Shown piece after piece: positions 9,393 to 19,893 of a stretch of DNA of 64,000 nucleotides. The stretch spans positions 124,001 through 188,000 of the forward strand of contig JAXLQJ010000003.1 of assembly GCA_046331705.1 (NCBI GenBank), in the 5' to 3' direction. The notes beneath the pieces were generated by a model. That model had not been told where the DNA came from. It worked only from the letters and a program-made list of their open reading frames with translations, and ran no database searches. Source of the DNA: a bacterium (GTDB lineage Bacteria > JADJOY01). Every line of letters begins with the position of its first letter. Position 1 is the stretch's first letter. The position numbers were made by a program, and so were the translations under genes.

Positions 9393-11576
9393 TCAGCGCG
9401 CCGAGCGCAGCACGATCGAGCCTGCGCCAGCGAGATCGTCCAGGCGGAGCTCCGGCTTGCGATACGACCAGCGCCCGGTGACGCCGACGAGCTCGACCGC
9501 GGCAGGCTCGCCGAACTCGGCGAGGTCGCAGCGCACGTGTCCGCCCTGTCCGTCGAGCCCCACGGTCACGATCCGCTCGCCGCCGCTCGAGGTCTCGCTC
9601 GTCGCCGAGCGGACGCTCACTCCCGTCATGCGTGTGCAGCGAGCGCCGGCCAGGTCGATCGCCGCGCGCTCCCCGGGGATCCCTGCGCTCGGCACCGCGC
9701 TCGTGAACACGATCGGGTTGCTCAGCACCTTGGGCTCGCCCGCGGAGTCGCGCAGCTCGAAGCGCACGGCGACCGGCTCGCCGGACGCGAGCGCGACGGT
9801 GCGCTCGACGGCGGCCCGCGGCGGCGCCGTCACCGGCGTGGTCGCGCTGGTGCGCCCGGACTCGACGAACGCGATCGAGTCGCCCTCGACGGCGCCGTCG
9901 ACGATCGCGCGCACCCCTTGCTCGGTGGCGTCGGTGACCACGATCTGGCCCATGCGAAAGCCCGTGGCGCTGGTGAGATCGAGGGTGCCGCGGAAGCGGA
10001 CCAGGTCGCCGAAGTAGACGCGCCCCGCGGCCAGCCCCACCACGAGATCGGCGCGATCGGGTGACGTCGCGTAGATCCAGCTCAGGAAGTTGTTCGCGCC
10101 CGTGCGCCAGCGTTGGCGCTCGCCACCGTGGGAATCGCTGACGCCGATGCCGACCGGCAGCGAGCCGTGCTTGGCCAGCTCGTCCCACACCCACAGGTGA
10201 TCGGCGAGGTCGTGGCCGCCACGATCGCGGTACCCGACCTCGAGCAGCTCCGCGCCGTAGAGACGGTTCTCGAGCAACCGCGCGAGCAGCGCCTCGCGAC
10301 GGGTGTTGGGTTCGGCGCCCTCGAACGATCCGCCGAACATGTGGTTGTACGAGAGCAAGGTGCCGGCGCGGTGGGCAGCCTGGGCGATGCGCTCGGTGAG
10401 CCGGCCTCGGGTGGCGATGCGGATGTCCAGGTCGTTGAGCGCGCGCAGATCGTCGCTCCCGAGCAGCGCATCGTAGTCGACGAGCCGCGGATCCGCGCTG
10501 AGCACGTTGAGGTGGCGCGAGCTGTACGAGAGCTCGAGCCCCTGGTGCTCGACGAGCCGTGGATAGCGCTTCGCGACCGTCCCGATCACCTCGCGCTGCT
10601 TCGCGAACGCCGCCTCGCCGCTCAGCGCCTGGCGAATGCGGAAGCGATCGAAGAGCGCCGCGGCGGTGGCGCCCCGCCGCGCTTCCACGCCGAACGCCAC
10701 GGAGACGAGGCTGTTGTCCTCGCCCACCACCCACGGGAACCCGGCGCTCGCGTCGCGCGTGACCGGAAGCGAGACCCGGCACCACGCGCCCGGGGCGCAC
10801 CGGAGTGGGACGTAGTAGGTGTTGCCCACCCGCGCCGGCGGGACCTCGCCGTCGCTCACGAAGTAGCGCAGATAATGCTGCGCGATGCCGCCGCCCTCGT
10901 GCGGCGCGTGCTCCGAGAGCGCGATGTCGACCACCGCGCGCGCGTCGGCCCCGGCGCTTTCCGGGCGAATCGAGAGATCGAGCACGACGTCGGAGGCGAG
11001 CGGCCGCTTGACGAGCCCGCGGGCGGCGAAGAGCGGGATCAGCCGCGTGGCGAACTCCGGCGCGTCGCCCGTGCCGCGCACGCGCAGGCTGCGGGCACCG
11101 TCGTCAGCGGCATCGCTGGTGAGCTCCTCCGAGCCGTTCGTGAGCGCGCCCATGGGCCGTCGCAGCAAGCCCTTGCTGACGCGCGGCTCGACGAGCTCGG
11201 GCGTTCCCCACGGCTCGTCCTTGCCGAGCGGCTCTTCCCAGTCCTCGAAGTCGTAGATCGAGGCGTGGCGATACGAGGTGATGCGGAAATCGTGGTCGCT
11301 CCACCAGATCACGTCCGCGCCCACGTCGCTGGCCTCGAAGCTGTGGGAGTCGATGCTGCCCACTCCCTCGCTGAACGAGCCGTGGACGTGAAGCTGCACC
11401 GACCAGGCGCGCTCGTGGGCCGCGGCGGTCTCCACCGAGGTGCGCGGGCGCGACGCACAGCCCGTGCCCGGCACGCCGCGGGCGCCATCGCAACCGACGA
11501 CGAGGAGCCCCGCCAGCAGCGCGACGGTCGCGCGCGGGCCCGCCGGCCACGACGGGGCGCGCGCCCGCCGACTCAC
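9393..11576 (-). CDS. PHP-domain (CehA/McbA-like) metallohydrolase lipoprotein with an inserted CBM-like domain
   Basis: Lipobox LVVGC. PHP motifs QLHVHGSFSEG, WWSDHD, GLELS..H, YNH and GVSDSH. GTG overlaps the upstream stop. Confidence 0.8.
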   Translation of the reverse strand: MSRRARAPSWPAGPRATVALLAGLLVVGCDGARGVPGTGCASRPRTSVETAAAHERAWSVQLHVHGSFSEGVGSIDSHSFEASDVGADVIWWSDHDFRITSYRHASIYDFEDWEEPLGKDEPWGTPELVEPRVSKGLLRRPMGALTNGSEELTSDAADDGARSLRVRGTGDAPEFATRLIPLFAARGLVKRPLASDVVLDLSIRPESAGADARAVVDIALSEHAPHEGGGIAQHYLRYFVSDGEVPPARVGNTYYVPLRCAPGAWCRVSLPVTRDASAGFPWVVGEDNSLVSVAFGVEARRGATAAALFDRFRIRQALSGEAAFAKQREVIGTVAKRYPRLVEHQGLELSYSSRHLNVLSADPRLVDYDALLGSDDLRALNDLDIRIATRGRLTERIAQAAHRAGTLLSYNHMFGGSFEGAEPNTRREALLARLLENRLYGAELLEVGYRDRGGHDLADHLWVWDELAKHGSLPVGIGVSDSHGGERQRWRTGANNFLSWIYATSPDRADLVVGLAAGRVYFGDLVRFRGTLDLTSATGFRMGQIVVTDATEQGVRAIVDGAVEGDSIAFVESGRTSATTPVTAPPRAAVERTVALASGEPVAVRFELRDSAGEPKVLSNPIVFTSAVPSAGIPGERAAIDLAGARCTRMTGVSVRSATSETSSGGERIVTVGLDGQGGHVRCDLAEFGEPAAVELVGVTGRWSYRKPELRLDDLAGAGSIVLRSAR

Positions 11577-13087
11577 GGCTCGACCGCCACGCGCGCGAGC
11601 CGGAACACCACGCAGTCGCGCAGCTCGGGGCCCGCATAGCCCCAGTCGCGCGCCACGAATCGAACCGAGAAGCGGTCGCGATCGCGCACCGTCGCCGGCA
11701 ACGGTCCCGCCAGCCGCATCGGCCTTCCCGGCTCCACGCGCAGGCTGCCGAGCCGCGCGTCGTCGACGAAGACCTCGACCTCCACCTCGGCGAGCTCGGG
11801 TCGCTCGAGCGCCGTCCCCTCCACCGCGAGCGACGTGCCGCCCGCGCGCGCCAGAAGCACCGACGCGTACGGGCTCACCAGGCCGGCAGCGTCGATGCCG
11901 CCGTGGATCTGCTCGAATGCACGCGCCCGATCGCTGCTGCCCTCCGCGAAGTCGAGCCGCGAGAGCAGCTCCGGCGCAGGCGCAGGCGCCTCGGCGGCGA
12001 GCGCCTCGCCCTCGGCGGCGACGCGGCGGTAGAGCTCCGCCGCCTCGGGCCAGTCGCCGAGCGTGAGCCCCGGCAGCATGCCCTTCGCCACGATCCAGCC
12101 GTAGAGAAACCGTGCGATCTCCTCGTTTCCGTGGCGGTTCCAATGGATGTTGCGCTCGCTCACGACCCGATCCGCGGCACGCGCGAAGCTCGCGGGCAGA
12201 TACGCGTGCTCGACGCCCGGAAGCCGCGTCACGAGCTGCTCGCGCGCCAGCGAGGTGAACTGGAACCAGTGCACGAGCAGCGCGTAGCGACCGCTCGTCC
12301 GATCCAGGTCGACCCTCAGACGCTGGATCGCACTCGCCGCCTCGTCGTAGCGATGGCGGCTCTCGTAGTCGAAGCCCTTGATGAGGTGACGCTCCGCCTC
12401 CGGTGCCAGACCGAGGCGGCGCGCTCGATTGCCGGCGACGAGGCTGCCGGCGACGTCCCAGCGCTGCGAGCTGAAGCCGGCCAGCGCGCCGAAACCGCGC
12501 GCGCTCACCGAGTCCGCCAGGTCGTTCGGCACCACCACGTGCACCACGAGATCGGGCGCCAAGAGCGCGAGCTGGCGGCGCAGATAGCTCGCCTCGGCGC
12601 GGATGTTCCAGCTGCTCACGCCGATCTGCAGACACTCGACGGCGACGCTCGCTCGCGAGCGCTGCCGCAGCCACGGCTCCAGGAACGCGCAGATGCGATC
12701 CTCGGCGTTCACGCCATCGCCGTACACGTAGGAGTCGCCGAGCAGCACCACCCGCACCACGCCGCTCGGCTTGGGAAGCGCGTACGCCCGTTCGCGCATG
12801 CCGTAGGAGTTGGTGACGAGCCGCGTGCCATCGGCGAGCGTCTTGTCGAGGTTGGGGATCAGCACCCGACCCACGTCCGGATCGGCGAACGTGTCGTAGA
12901 TCCCAGGGCTCTGCGCCGCCAGCTCGCGAACCACCTGCTGCCGCGCGCTCGCCTCATCGCCCTCGGCCAGCGCGGCCCGCGCTCGAGCGAGCCGCGATGC
13001 CAGCACGCCACAGGCTGCCGCGAGCGTCACCACCACGAGCGCCAGACCCGCGATCCAGCGGTAGAGCGTCCGCGTGCGAGGTTCCAT
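11573..13087 (-). CDS. Membrane-anchored SGNH/GDSL hydrolase-family protein
   Basis: N-terminal TM, TNSYGMRE, VVLLGDSYVYG, GVSSWN, VVPNDL, IHWNRHG. Confidence 0.8.
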   Translation of the reverse strand: MEPRTRTLYRWIAGLALVVVTLAAACGVLASRLARARAALAEGDEASARQQVVRELAAQSPGIYDTFADPDVGRVLIPNLDKTLADGTRLVTNSYGMRERAYALPKPSGVVRVVLLGDSYVYGDGVNAEDRICAFLEPWLRQRSRASVAVECLQIGVSSWNIRAEASYLRRQLALLAPDLVVHVVVPNDLADSVSARGFGALAGFSSQRWDVAGSLVAGNRARRLGLAPEAERHLIKGFDYESRHRYDEAASAIQRLRVDLDRTSGRYALLVHWFQFTSLAREQLVTRLPGVEHAYLPASFARAADRVVSERNIHWNRHGNEEIARFLYGWIVAKGMLPGLTLGDWPEAAELYRRVAAEGEALAAEAPAPAPELLSRLDFAEGSSDRARAFEQIHGGIDAAGLVSPYASVLLARAGGTSLAVEGTALERPELAEVEVEVFVDDARLGSLRVEPGRPMRLAGPLPATVRDRDRFSVRFVARDWGYAGPELRDCVVFRLARVAVEP

Positions 13088-13342
13088 CCTTGCGTCTCTC
13101 GGTGCCGATGGCGCGCGGGCGCACCGATTCGCGCCCGGTCTAGCCGATCCCGGCCCGTCCGGCGACGACGACGGCGTCGACGGATGTTGCCGCCCGCCGG
13201 CGCGCCGGATCGCGCGCTTCGCACGGCGGGGACCGTCGCGTCGTCACGGCGAACGGCGTGCCGACCGGATGCGCGAAGGCCACCGCGACCTCGACGCGGA
13301 CGGCTGCGGTAGAGTCCGCGCCGTGCCAACGGATCCGTGCCC

Positions 13343-14767
13343 ATGAGCGACGCTCCGCGAACCGCCACACCAGCCCCGATCTCGTGGCGTTGGCTGGCGC
13401 TCGTCTGGATCGTGGCCCTCGCGGTGCGGCTCGCGGGGTTCGCGGCGATCGGCCCCACGCGGCTCGTCGGCGACGAGCATCATTACCTGACGACAGCGCG
13501 CTCGATCGCGTCGGGCGCGGGGCATTGGAACGGAACGCTGCGCACCGCCGCGCAATGGCCACCGGGGCAAGCGGCGTTCTTGGCGCTCGCGAGCGACGGC
13601 GCGACGGCGTCCGTCGCCGACGACACACCGGCACCCCGCGCCGCGGTGCTCGCGGAGATCCTCGCCGGAAGCGTGATTCCCGTGGCCACGTGCTTGCTGG
13701 GCGCACTGCTCTTCGGCCCGTCGGCGGGGCTCGCCGCGGGTGTGATCGCTGCGGTTCACCCCGAGCTGGTCGCCTATTCGCAGTTCCTGTGGTCCGAGAA
13801 CCTCTTCACGGCGCTCGTGACACTCGCTGCTGCCATCGCGCTCTCCGGCGCCACGCCCCCCGAGGCAGGCGCCCGCCCGCCTGGGCTCCGATCGGCGCTG
13901 ATCTCCGGGCTGCTCTTCGGACTCGCGATCCTCACGCGCGAGGAGGGAGCGCTGGTGGCGTTGGCGGTGTTCGCCGCCTCGCTCACGGGCAACGAAGCGC
14001 GCGCCCGCGCAGCCCGCCGGATCGCCCTCGTCTCGGTGGTCACGATCGCGGTCGTGGCGCCGTGGAGCGTGCGCAACGCGCGGCTCCTCGGCCGCCTGGT
14101 TCCGGTCTCCACCGTCGGCTGGATGGGTGCCGCCGAAGGGAACGTGATCGGCAGCTCGTGGCTCCACCGCGAGCCGGGCGCGGTGCGCGCGTGGCGTGAG
14201 CGCTACTTCGCCATCGACGGCGACGTGGCGCGCATGGACTTCGCTCGCGCCAGCGCCATCGCGGCCATCGCCGACGCGCAGCCGACGTGGATCGTCCGGA
14301 AGCTCGTCCTCAACCTGCCGCGACTGTGGTCTCCCGACTCGTTCCTGTTTCGCAAGCTCGGCGTGCGGACAGCGGACGCGCCCGCGCTCGGTTGGCTGCG
14401 AGCCGCGCTGGTTACGCAGGTGATCGCGCACCTGACGGTCGTCGGCCTCGCCATCCTCGGCCTCGCCGGCGAACGCGATCGACGCCGCCGCTCCTTCGGC
14501 GCGCTGACGATCGCGTCGATCACCGCGTTGCACGTCGTCGCGAACGCGTCGTCCCGCTATCGCCTGCCGCTCGTGCCGATCTTGACCGTCTACGCCGCCG
14601 CCGCGCTCGTGGACATCCCGACGGCGATGCGGAACCTCGGCCGCCGCCAGCGCGCGCTCGCGATCGCGCTCCTCGCCGGATTGGTGCTCTGCAGCGCGAG
14701 CTTCGCGCCGAAAGCAGCGCAGCTCTGGATGCACGGGGTCGGCGCGACCAGCGCTGCCGCCGAGTGA
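13343..14767 (+). CDS. GT-C-fold membrane glycosyltransferase (ArnT/PMT-like)
   Basis: GDEHHY after TM1, WPPGQ, WSENLF, LTREE, PWSVRN, SSRYRLP; multiple TM helices. Confidence 0.85.
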   Translation: MSDAPRTATPAPISWRWLALVWIVALAVRLAGFAAIGPTRLVGDEHHYLTTARSIASGAGHWNGTLRTAAQWPPGQAAFLALASDGATASVADDTPAPRAAVLAEILAGSVIPVATCLLGALLFGPSAGLAAGVIAAVHPELVAYSQFLWSENLFTALVTLAAAIALSGATPPEAGARPPGLRSALISGLLFGLAILTREEGALVALAVFAASLTGNEARARAARRIALVSVVTIAVVAPWSVRNARLLGRLVPVSTVGWMGAAEGNVIGSSWLHREPGAVRAWRERYFAIDGDVARMDFARASAIAAIADAQPTWIVRKLVLNLPRLWSPDSFLFRKLGVRTADAPALGWLRAALVTQVIAHLTVVGLAILGLAGERDRRRRSFGALTIASITALHVVANASSRYRLPLVPILTVYAAAALVDIPTAMRNLGRRQRALAIALLAGLVLCSASFAPKAAQLWMHGVGATSAAAE

Positions 14768-14790
14768 AACGCGGCCCGCGCAAGCGCGTC

Positions 14791-16062
14791 TCAGCTCGGC
14801 AACGCGATTCGCCAGCGGCGCTCGATCGGGCCGGAGACGCGCAGCTGCGCCACGGCCGCGGCGATCACGAAGCCGGCGAAGGGGATGACGACGTGGAAGC
14901 GGCGCACGATGCCGTGGATCGGCGTCACCGCGAGGAAGACCAGCAGCAAGGCCCCCAGCGCGGCGAGACGAAAGTTGCGGCGAAACCCGAGCCAGACGAT
15001 CGAGGCGAGGAAGAGCGCGAACACGCTCGGAGTCGTCACGTCGTAGGCGGCGAGGAAGCGGCTGTCGAGCGCACTGTTCGCGCCCTGGCGCAGTCGCCCG
15101 GTGTGGACGTAGCGGTGCTCCTCGGGATGCGCGAGCGTGCGGAGGTTCTCGCCGACTCGATCGAGACCCACCACCGATCCCAAGAGCGGCGTGCTCGGGT
15201 CGCGGATCTCGGCGACGAAGGCGATCGGATCGCAGCAGCACGTGAACACCGCGCTCGCCACCCCGAGCGAGAGCAGCGCGGATGCGACCATCCGCCGGGC
15301 CGACAGCGCGCACGGCAGGATCGCGGCGAAGCACGCGAGCAACGGAAGGCCGACCAGGCTGGTTTCCTTGACCAGCCACGAGAGGCCGACGAGCGCACCG
15401 AGGACCGCGAAGCGGCCCGGGCTCGGCCGCGCGCGCACCGCGGCTGCGTAGAACGCCACGCTGGCCACCACGAAGGCGGTCGCTGGCGCATCGAGGTACG
15501 CGAGCAGGCCGAAGAGCGACGCGTACGGCAAGAGCGTGTAGACGGCCGCGACGACGCGAGCGAGCGCGCGGCCGAACGCGGCGCGCAGCAGCACGTAGAG
15601 CGCGATCGCACCGGCCGCGTCGAGCGCCACCACCACGGTGCGCGCGACGTGCACCGCCCGATCACCCGCCAGCAGCCAGGGAGTGGGAACGCACGCCATC
15701 ACCGCGCCAACCAGGAGCGCGAAGAGCGGCGGATGACCCGCCCGCGGCACGGTGCCGAGCCGGTCGCCGGCGGTCGGATAACCGATCGTCGACGTGCCGT
15801 GCTGCCGGATCTCGTTGCGGCCGGGGTCGTAGAACGAGTGCGGCCGGACGTGCTCCCAGACCAGCGCGCGGAACACCTGCGCGGCGGGCAGATCCGCCTT
15901 CACCCAGAGTCCGTCGTAGGCATAGTGGCGCTCGTCGTCGTGGACCTGCATGGACCAAGCGAACGGCAGCCGGACGATCACCAGGCAGGCCAGCAGCCAG
16001 GGAAACCAGTCGCCGCGACGCGCGGCCGGCACGCGAGCTCGAGGCGCGTCGGGCGTGCTCAT
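14791..16062 (-). CDS. GT-C-fold membrane glycosyltransferase (ArnT/PMT-like)
   Basis: HDDERHY, GHPPLF, AYLD, LVKET; ATGA overlap with the upstream gene. Confidence 0.82.
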   Translation of the reverse strand: MSTPDAPRARVPAARRGDWFPWLLACLVIVRLPFAWSMQVHDDERHYAYDGLWVKADLPAAQVFRALVWEHVRPHSFYDPGRNEIRQHGTSTIGYPTAGDRLGTVPRAGHPPLFALLVGAVMACVPTPWLLAGDRAVHVARTVVVALDAAGAIALYVLLRAAFGRALARVVAAVYTLLPYASLFGLLAYLDAPATAFVVASVAFYAAAVRARPSPGRFAVLGALVGLSWLVKETSLVGLPLLACFAAILPCALSARRMVASALLSLGVASAVFTCCCDPIAFVAEIRDPSTPLLGSVVGLDRVGENLRTLAHPEEHRYVHTGRLRQGANSALDSRFLAAYDVTTPSVFALFLASIVWLGFRRNFRLAALGALLLVFLAVTPIHGIVRRFHVVIPFAGFVIAAAVAQLRVSGPIERRWRIALPS

Positions 16063-17663
16063 GGGTTCTCGGGTCCGCGCGGAACGTCGGCTCGCTCGGC
16101 CGCGGCCTCGAGGGCCACCACCGCGTAATGGCCGAGATCGCGAACGGCGCCGGCGCGTTCCGCGGCGGCGCTGACGAAACCCTCGAGCGCCCCACCCCGC
16201 TCGGCCACCAACACGTCGATGTGGCTGCGGGCGAGAGCCTCCCCGAGCATCTCGGGGCGGCGCCGCAGCATCGCGCGCAGGCTCAGCACCGGGCGGTCCG
16301 CGAGCAGTCCGTAGATCGCGCCGTGATCGCCGGCGACCACCTGACGGGCGCTGGTCTCCGTCCGCAGGTAGCGCGCCATGCGAACCAGGTCGTAGTACGC
16401 GATTCGCTTGCCGAGCTCGGCGGGATCCGGCCCGCGCTCGCCCACCGTCACGCACACGAGCGTGGCCGCCAGCAGCGCCTCACCGAGCCGAAGCGGCAGC
16501 ACGCGGGCGACGAGATCGCGCACCGCCTCCAACGCGACGGCCACCAGCAAGACATGCGCGGGCAGCAGCAGCCGCGACTGACGCGCGAAGTAGAGGAGCA
16601 GCTCGGCCAGCTCGATGCCGACCACCCAGTCGAGCACGCTGCGCCGCTTGGCGAGCCGCGCGAGCCACGCCGCCACGAGCGCCGCGCTGATCGCGAGCGA
16701 GGCGCCCGAGAGCTCCGTGGACCCGAGGTCGCTGCCCACCAGCGCCGCGTAGAGCGTCGCGTTCTCTCCCACGCGCGTGATCCAACCGCTCACGCCGAGA
16801 CTTCCCGAGCGGGTGTCGATGGGGTCCGCGCGGCTCATCGACTGCCAGTAGGAATCGAAATCGATGCCACCAGGCTCGGCCGTGGAGCCCACCCGCGCCG
16901 AGTAGACGAGCCACGGCCCGTAGAGCGCGGCCGCGACCGCGACGGACGCGACCACGCCCGCGACGCGCCGCCGAAGCGCCGCGCGCGAATCGCTCGAATC
17001 GCCACACTCGCGGACCGCGCCCGCGTCTGGCGCCGCGCGCAGCGCCCCCAGCGCGAGCGCGGGAAGGAGCGCCAGGTGCGCCGTGCGCAGGTACGCGGCG
17101 ACCGCCACCAGCACACCCACGGCGACGTCGCGGCCACGGGAGGGCTTGCGATCGCGCGCCTCGATGGCGAGCAACGCGATGGCCAGCGCCGCGAATCCCG
17201 GCACGTCCGCCATGATCTCGCGACACAGCCGGATGCGCTCGGGATGAAACCAGAACCAGAGCGTGAGCGCGCCGGCGAGCGGCGTCCCCAGCCGCGCCCG
17301 GAAGAGCAGGAAGAGCGCCGCGGCGGCGACCAGCGCCGTCGCTCCCGTGAAGATCTCGAGCGCTCGGAAATCGAGGCCCACGAACGCCGTCATGGGAGCG
17401 AGCAGTACGCTGAAGCCCGGCGGGCGCAGCGTGAACGGCTGACCCAGATAGGTGTAGCCTTCGCCGCGCGCCAGCGAACGCGCCGTGGCGAGATAGCGCG
17501 CGGCGTCGGGCCGCGGGCTCCACTCGGGTTGCGCCGACACCACCAGATGGACCGAGCAGACGAGCAGCAACCCGAGCAGCGGCGCGAGCGCGCTCGCGAG
17601 ACGGCGACGGCCGAGCGCGGCGTGCGAGCGTGACTCGGCCGGCACCGCGGGATCGTCGCTCAT
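16059..17663 (-). CDS. GT-C-fold membrane glycosyltransferase (ArnT/PMT-like)
   Basis: PDAARYLATARSLARGEGY, RPPGFS, IMADVP, YLRT, SRLLLP; C-terminal periplasmic domain. Confidence 0.83.
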   Translation of the reverse strand: MSDDPAVPAESRSHAALGRRRLASALAPLLGLLLVCSVHLVVSAQPEWSPRPDAARYLATARSLARGEGYTYLGQPFTLRPPGFSVLLAPMTAFVGLDFRALEIFTGATALVAAAALFLLFRARLGTPLAGALTLWFWFHPERIRLCREIMADVPGFAALAIALLAIEARDRKPSRGRDVAVGVLVAVAAYLRTAHLALLPALALGALRAAPDAGAVRECGDSSDSRAALRRRVAGVVASVAVAAALYGPWLVYSARVGSTAEPGGIDFDSYWQSMSRADPIDTRSGSLGVSGWITRVGENATLYAALVGSDLGSTELSGASLAISAALVAAWLARLAKRRSVLDWVVGIELAELLLYFARQSRLLLPAHVLLVAVALEAVRDLVARVLPLRLGEALLAATLVCVTVGERGPDPAELGKRIAYYDLVRMARYLRTETSARQVVAGDHGAIYGLLADRPVLSLRAMLRRRPEMLGEALARSHIDVLVAERGGALEGFVSAAAERAGAVRDLGHYAVVALEAAAERADVPRGPENP

Positions 17664-17730
17664 GACGCAGCTACGCGAGCTCCGCGCGTCGGCGCGCACG
17701 GATTCGAGGCGCCTCGGCGGCGCGCGCTGG

Positions 17731-19101
17731 ATGCGCGAGCACGAACGCGCGTGCCTGTGGGGGCTCGTGGTGCTCGCCGTCGCGACTCGCGCGCTCCTGA
17801 TCGCTCACTCGCCCTTCCCCTGGGGGTACGCCTGGGACCCGTACTTCGAGGGACCGCTCGAGCTCTTCTCGCTCGGCCGACTGCCGCGCGCGAGCGATTG
17901 CTCGCAGTGCTATCACCCACCGCTCTTTTACCTCGTCGGCTGGCCATTCGTATGGCTCGGGCACGCGATCTCGTCGGGCGGCAGCGCAACGGGGACGAAG
18001 GCAACGTCGATCCGGTGTCTGAGCGCCGTGCCGCTGCTGTGCGCGGCCATCTCCACCTGGGCGACGTTCCGGCTGCTGCGCCTCTTCCGTTGGCGGGGCG
18101 AGAGCCTGGTTTGGGGAGTGGCGATGAGCCTCTTCCTGCCGGTGTCGTTCTTCGCGTCCTACGGAATCGAGGCCGACGGGCTGGTGTGCGCGCTCGTCGC
18201 CGTGTGCTCGGTCGAGCTGGCACGCGGCTTCCTGCGTCGCGAGAATCGCACGCTGCGCAATGCCATCGCCGTGGGCGTGCTCTGCGGGCTGGCGCTCGCG
18301 ACCAAGTACAGCGGCGCCGTGGCGCTGGTGACGGCGGAGATCACCGCGCTCGCTCGTCTCGCCGGGCGACCGCGACGGCGCACGGCGATCCGCGACGGGC
18401 TCGTCGTTCTGGCGCTGGCGCTCGCCATCGGCGGCTGGAAATACGTCGCGAACCTGCGCGAGCACGGCACCCCGCTGGTGGCCAACGGTAGCGCTGCCGC
18501 CGGCTTCACGGTGCAGCGCTCGCTTCGCCTCGATCGTTACCGCTTCCTGGACTTCGATCTGCGCGCCGTGCTCGCCACCATGGATCCCGTCCACGGTCCC
18601 GCCGGACGGCTGACCCGGCTCGACGTCTACCGCAGCGTGCCGAGCGCGTTCTACGGGCTGACCTGGACGGACATGGGATTCTTCTCGTTCGGCGGCCGCA
18701 ATGGCGTCTCGACGCCCGGCTACCCGCGCCGTGCGATCGCGCTGTGGATGCCGGCGAGCGTCCTGGTGCTGGGCCTGGTGCCGTCGGTGCTCGGCGCCGT
18801 GGGTGCCGCGCTATCGCTTCGACGGCGCGCGATGCTGCCGCTCAACGTGCTGGTCGCGGTCTCGATCGCGGTCTACGGGCAGTGGATGCTCGCGCAGCCG
18901 AACTGGGCGATCAAGCCCAAGTACCTGACGTTCCTCGCGCCGATCGGCATCGCGTACGTCCTCACCGCGATGCGCTGGATCGAGCGGCGGCTGCCTTCAC
19001 CCTGGCCGCGGGTCGCGTGGTCGCTGCTCTGGCTCTGCGTGCTCGCGTGCGTCGTGTACCTGACCCAGTTCGCGATCGCCACGACCGCCACCACGAGCTG
19101 A
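17731..19101 (+). CDS. GT-C-fold membrane glycosyltransferase (ArnT/PMT-like)
   Basis: YAWDPY, YHPPLFY, IEADGL, ALATKYSG, KPKYL. Alternative start at 17662. Confidence 0.82.
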   Translation: MREHERACLWGLVVLAVATRALLIAHSPFPWGYAWDPYFEGPLELFSLGRLPRASDCSQCYHPPLFYLVGWPFVWLGHAISSGGSATGTKATSIRCLSAVPLLCAAISTWATFRLLRLFRWRGESLVWGVAMSLFLPVSFFASYGIEADGLVCALVAVCSVELARGFLRRENRTLRNAIAVGVLCGLALATKYSGAVALVTAEITALARLAGRPRRRTAIRDGLVVLALALAIGGWKYVANLREHGTPLVANGSAAAGFTVQRSLRLDRYRFLDFDLRAVLATMDPVHGPAGRLTRLDVYRSVPSAFYGLTWTDMGFFSFGGRNGVSTPGYPRRAIALWMPASVLVLGLVPSVLGAVGAALSLRRRAMLPLNVLVAVSIAVYGQWMLAQPNWAIKPKYLTFLAPIGIAYVLTAMRWIERRLPSPWPRVAWSLLWLCVLACVVYLTQFAIATTATTS

Positions 19102-19146
19102 GCGCGCGCGCTGCGACGCGCGACGAACCGCGGCGAGCGCGCGGCG

Positions 19147-19893
19147 CTACGGAGAGCTGGCCGACCAGCCGTCGAGCGCGCCCGCCTCGAAGCCGTGGAC
19201 GAACACGAGCGCGGCGTCGAGATCGCCGACGACGCCGGCGTTGTTGCCGGGCGAGGGCGCGCCGGAATCGAAATCGGCGGCGCTGTCGTCGGTGTCGTCG
19301 TTGGCGCCGACGATGGCGCACTCGAGGGTGGTGGCACCGCCAGCGACGGCGAGATCGCGCACCGCCGTCACGCCAGGCAACAGGCCGGTGGCTGCAGCGA
19401 ACGGCGTTCCGACGGCGGCGTCCGGCAGGTTCGAGTAATTCCCCCACGCGATGCAATCCACGCCGAAGCTCGGATCGAAGCAGACCTTGCCGCCGGACGG
19501 CACCAGATCCGCCGGCATGCGCAGATCGGCGCTGACGTGGAACGCCGCCTCCGCCGAGGACGTGGCCACCAGCACGCGCGACTGCGACGCGCCGTGCGCC
19601 AGGTCGCCGCCGAACGAAACCGAGCCCAAGACCGCGCCGGTCTTCGAATAGAAGGTGACGGGGTGCTGATCGACGAGATTCTGATTCGCGGTGCACATCC
19701 GCAGCTCGACGAACTGCGCGTCCGGATGCGTGACGTCGCCGGCGTAGACCTGGGTGATCCGCATCAGGTGGAACGTCGCGTGCGCGGACGTCGCGCACGC
19801 GAGCACGGTGCCGACGACGCCAGCGACGAGTCGCGCGCGGGCCCCGGCGCCGGGCCTTGGCCGCGAGTTGGGAGCGCGCTGTGCCGCATCCAT
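19147..19893 (-). CDS. Secreted lamin-tail-like beta protein with C-terminal FxxGFExG..W tag
   Basis: GGAG RBS. Signal peptide ending SAHA|TFHLMRITQVYAG..AQFVEL (LTD-like), DTDDSAADF..PSPG, C-terminus LVFVHGFEAGALDGWSASSP. Confidence 0.8.
   Translation of the reverse strand: MDAAQRAPNSRPRPGAGARARLVAGVVGTVLACATSAHATFHLMRITQVYAGDVTHPDAQFVELRMCTANQNLVDQHPVTFYSKTGAVLGSVSFGGDLAHGASQSRVLVATSSAEAAFHVSADLRMPADLVPSGGKVCFDPSFGVDCIAWGNYSNLPDAAVGTPFAAATGLLPGVTAVRDLAVAGGATTLECAIVGANDDTDDSAADFDSGAPSPGNNAGVVGDLDAALVFVHGFEAGALDGWSASSP

Noticed and set aside
11577-12674. N-terminal extension of the 1093-aa ORF 9393..12674 (and similar extensions on wzt, the 32235 gene, SRPBCC and the second wzt)
   Set aside because: The extensions overlap real upstream genes in another frame; true starts are marked by GTGA/ATGA coupling or an RBS.
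13088-13342. Intergenic region with small GC hairpins as a possible ncRNA or riboswitch
   Set aside because: No recognisable conserved RNA motif; consistent with an ordinary divergent promoter region.
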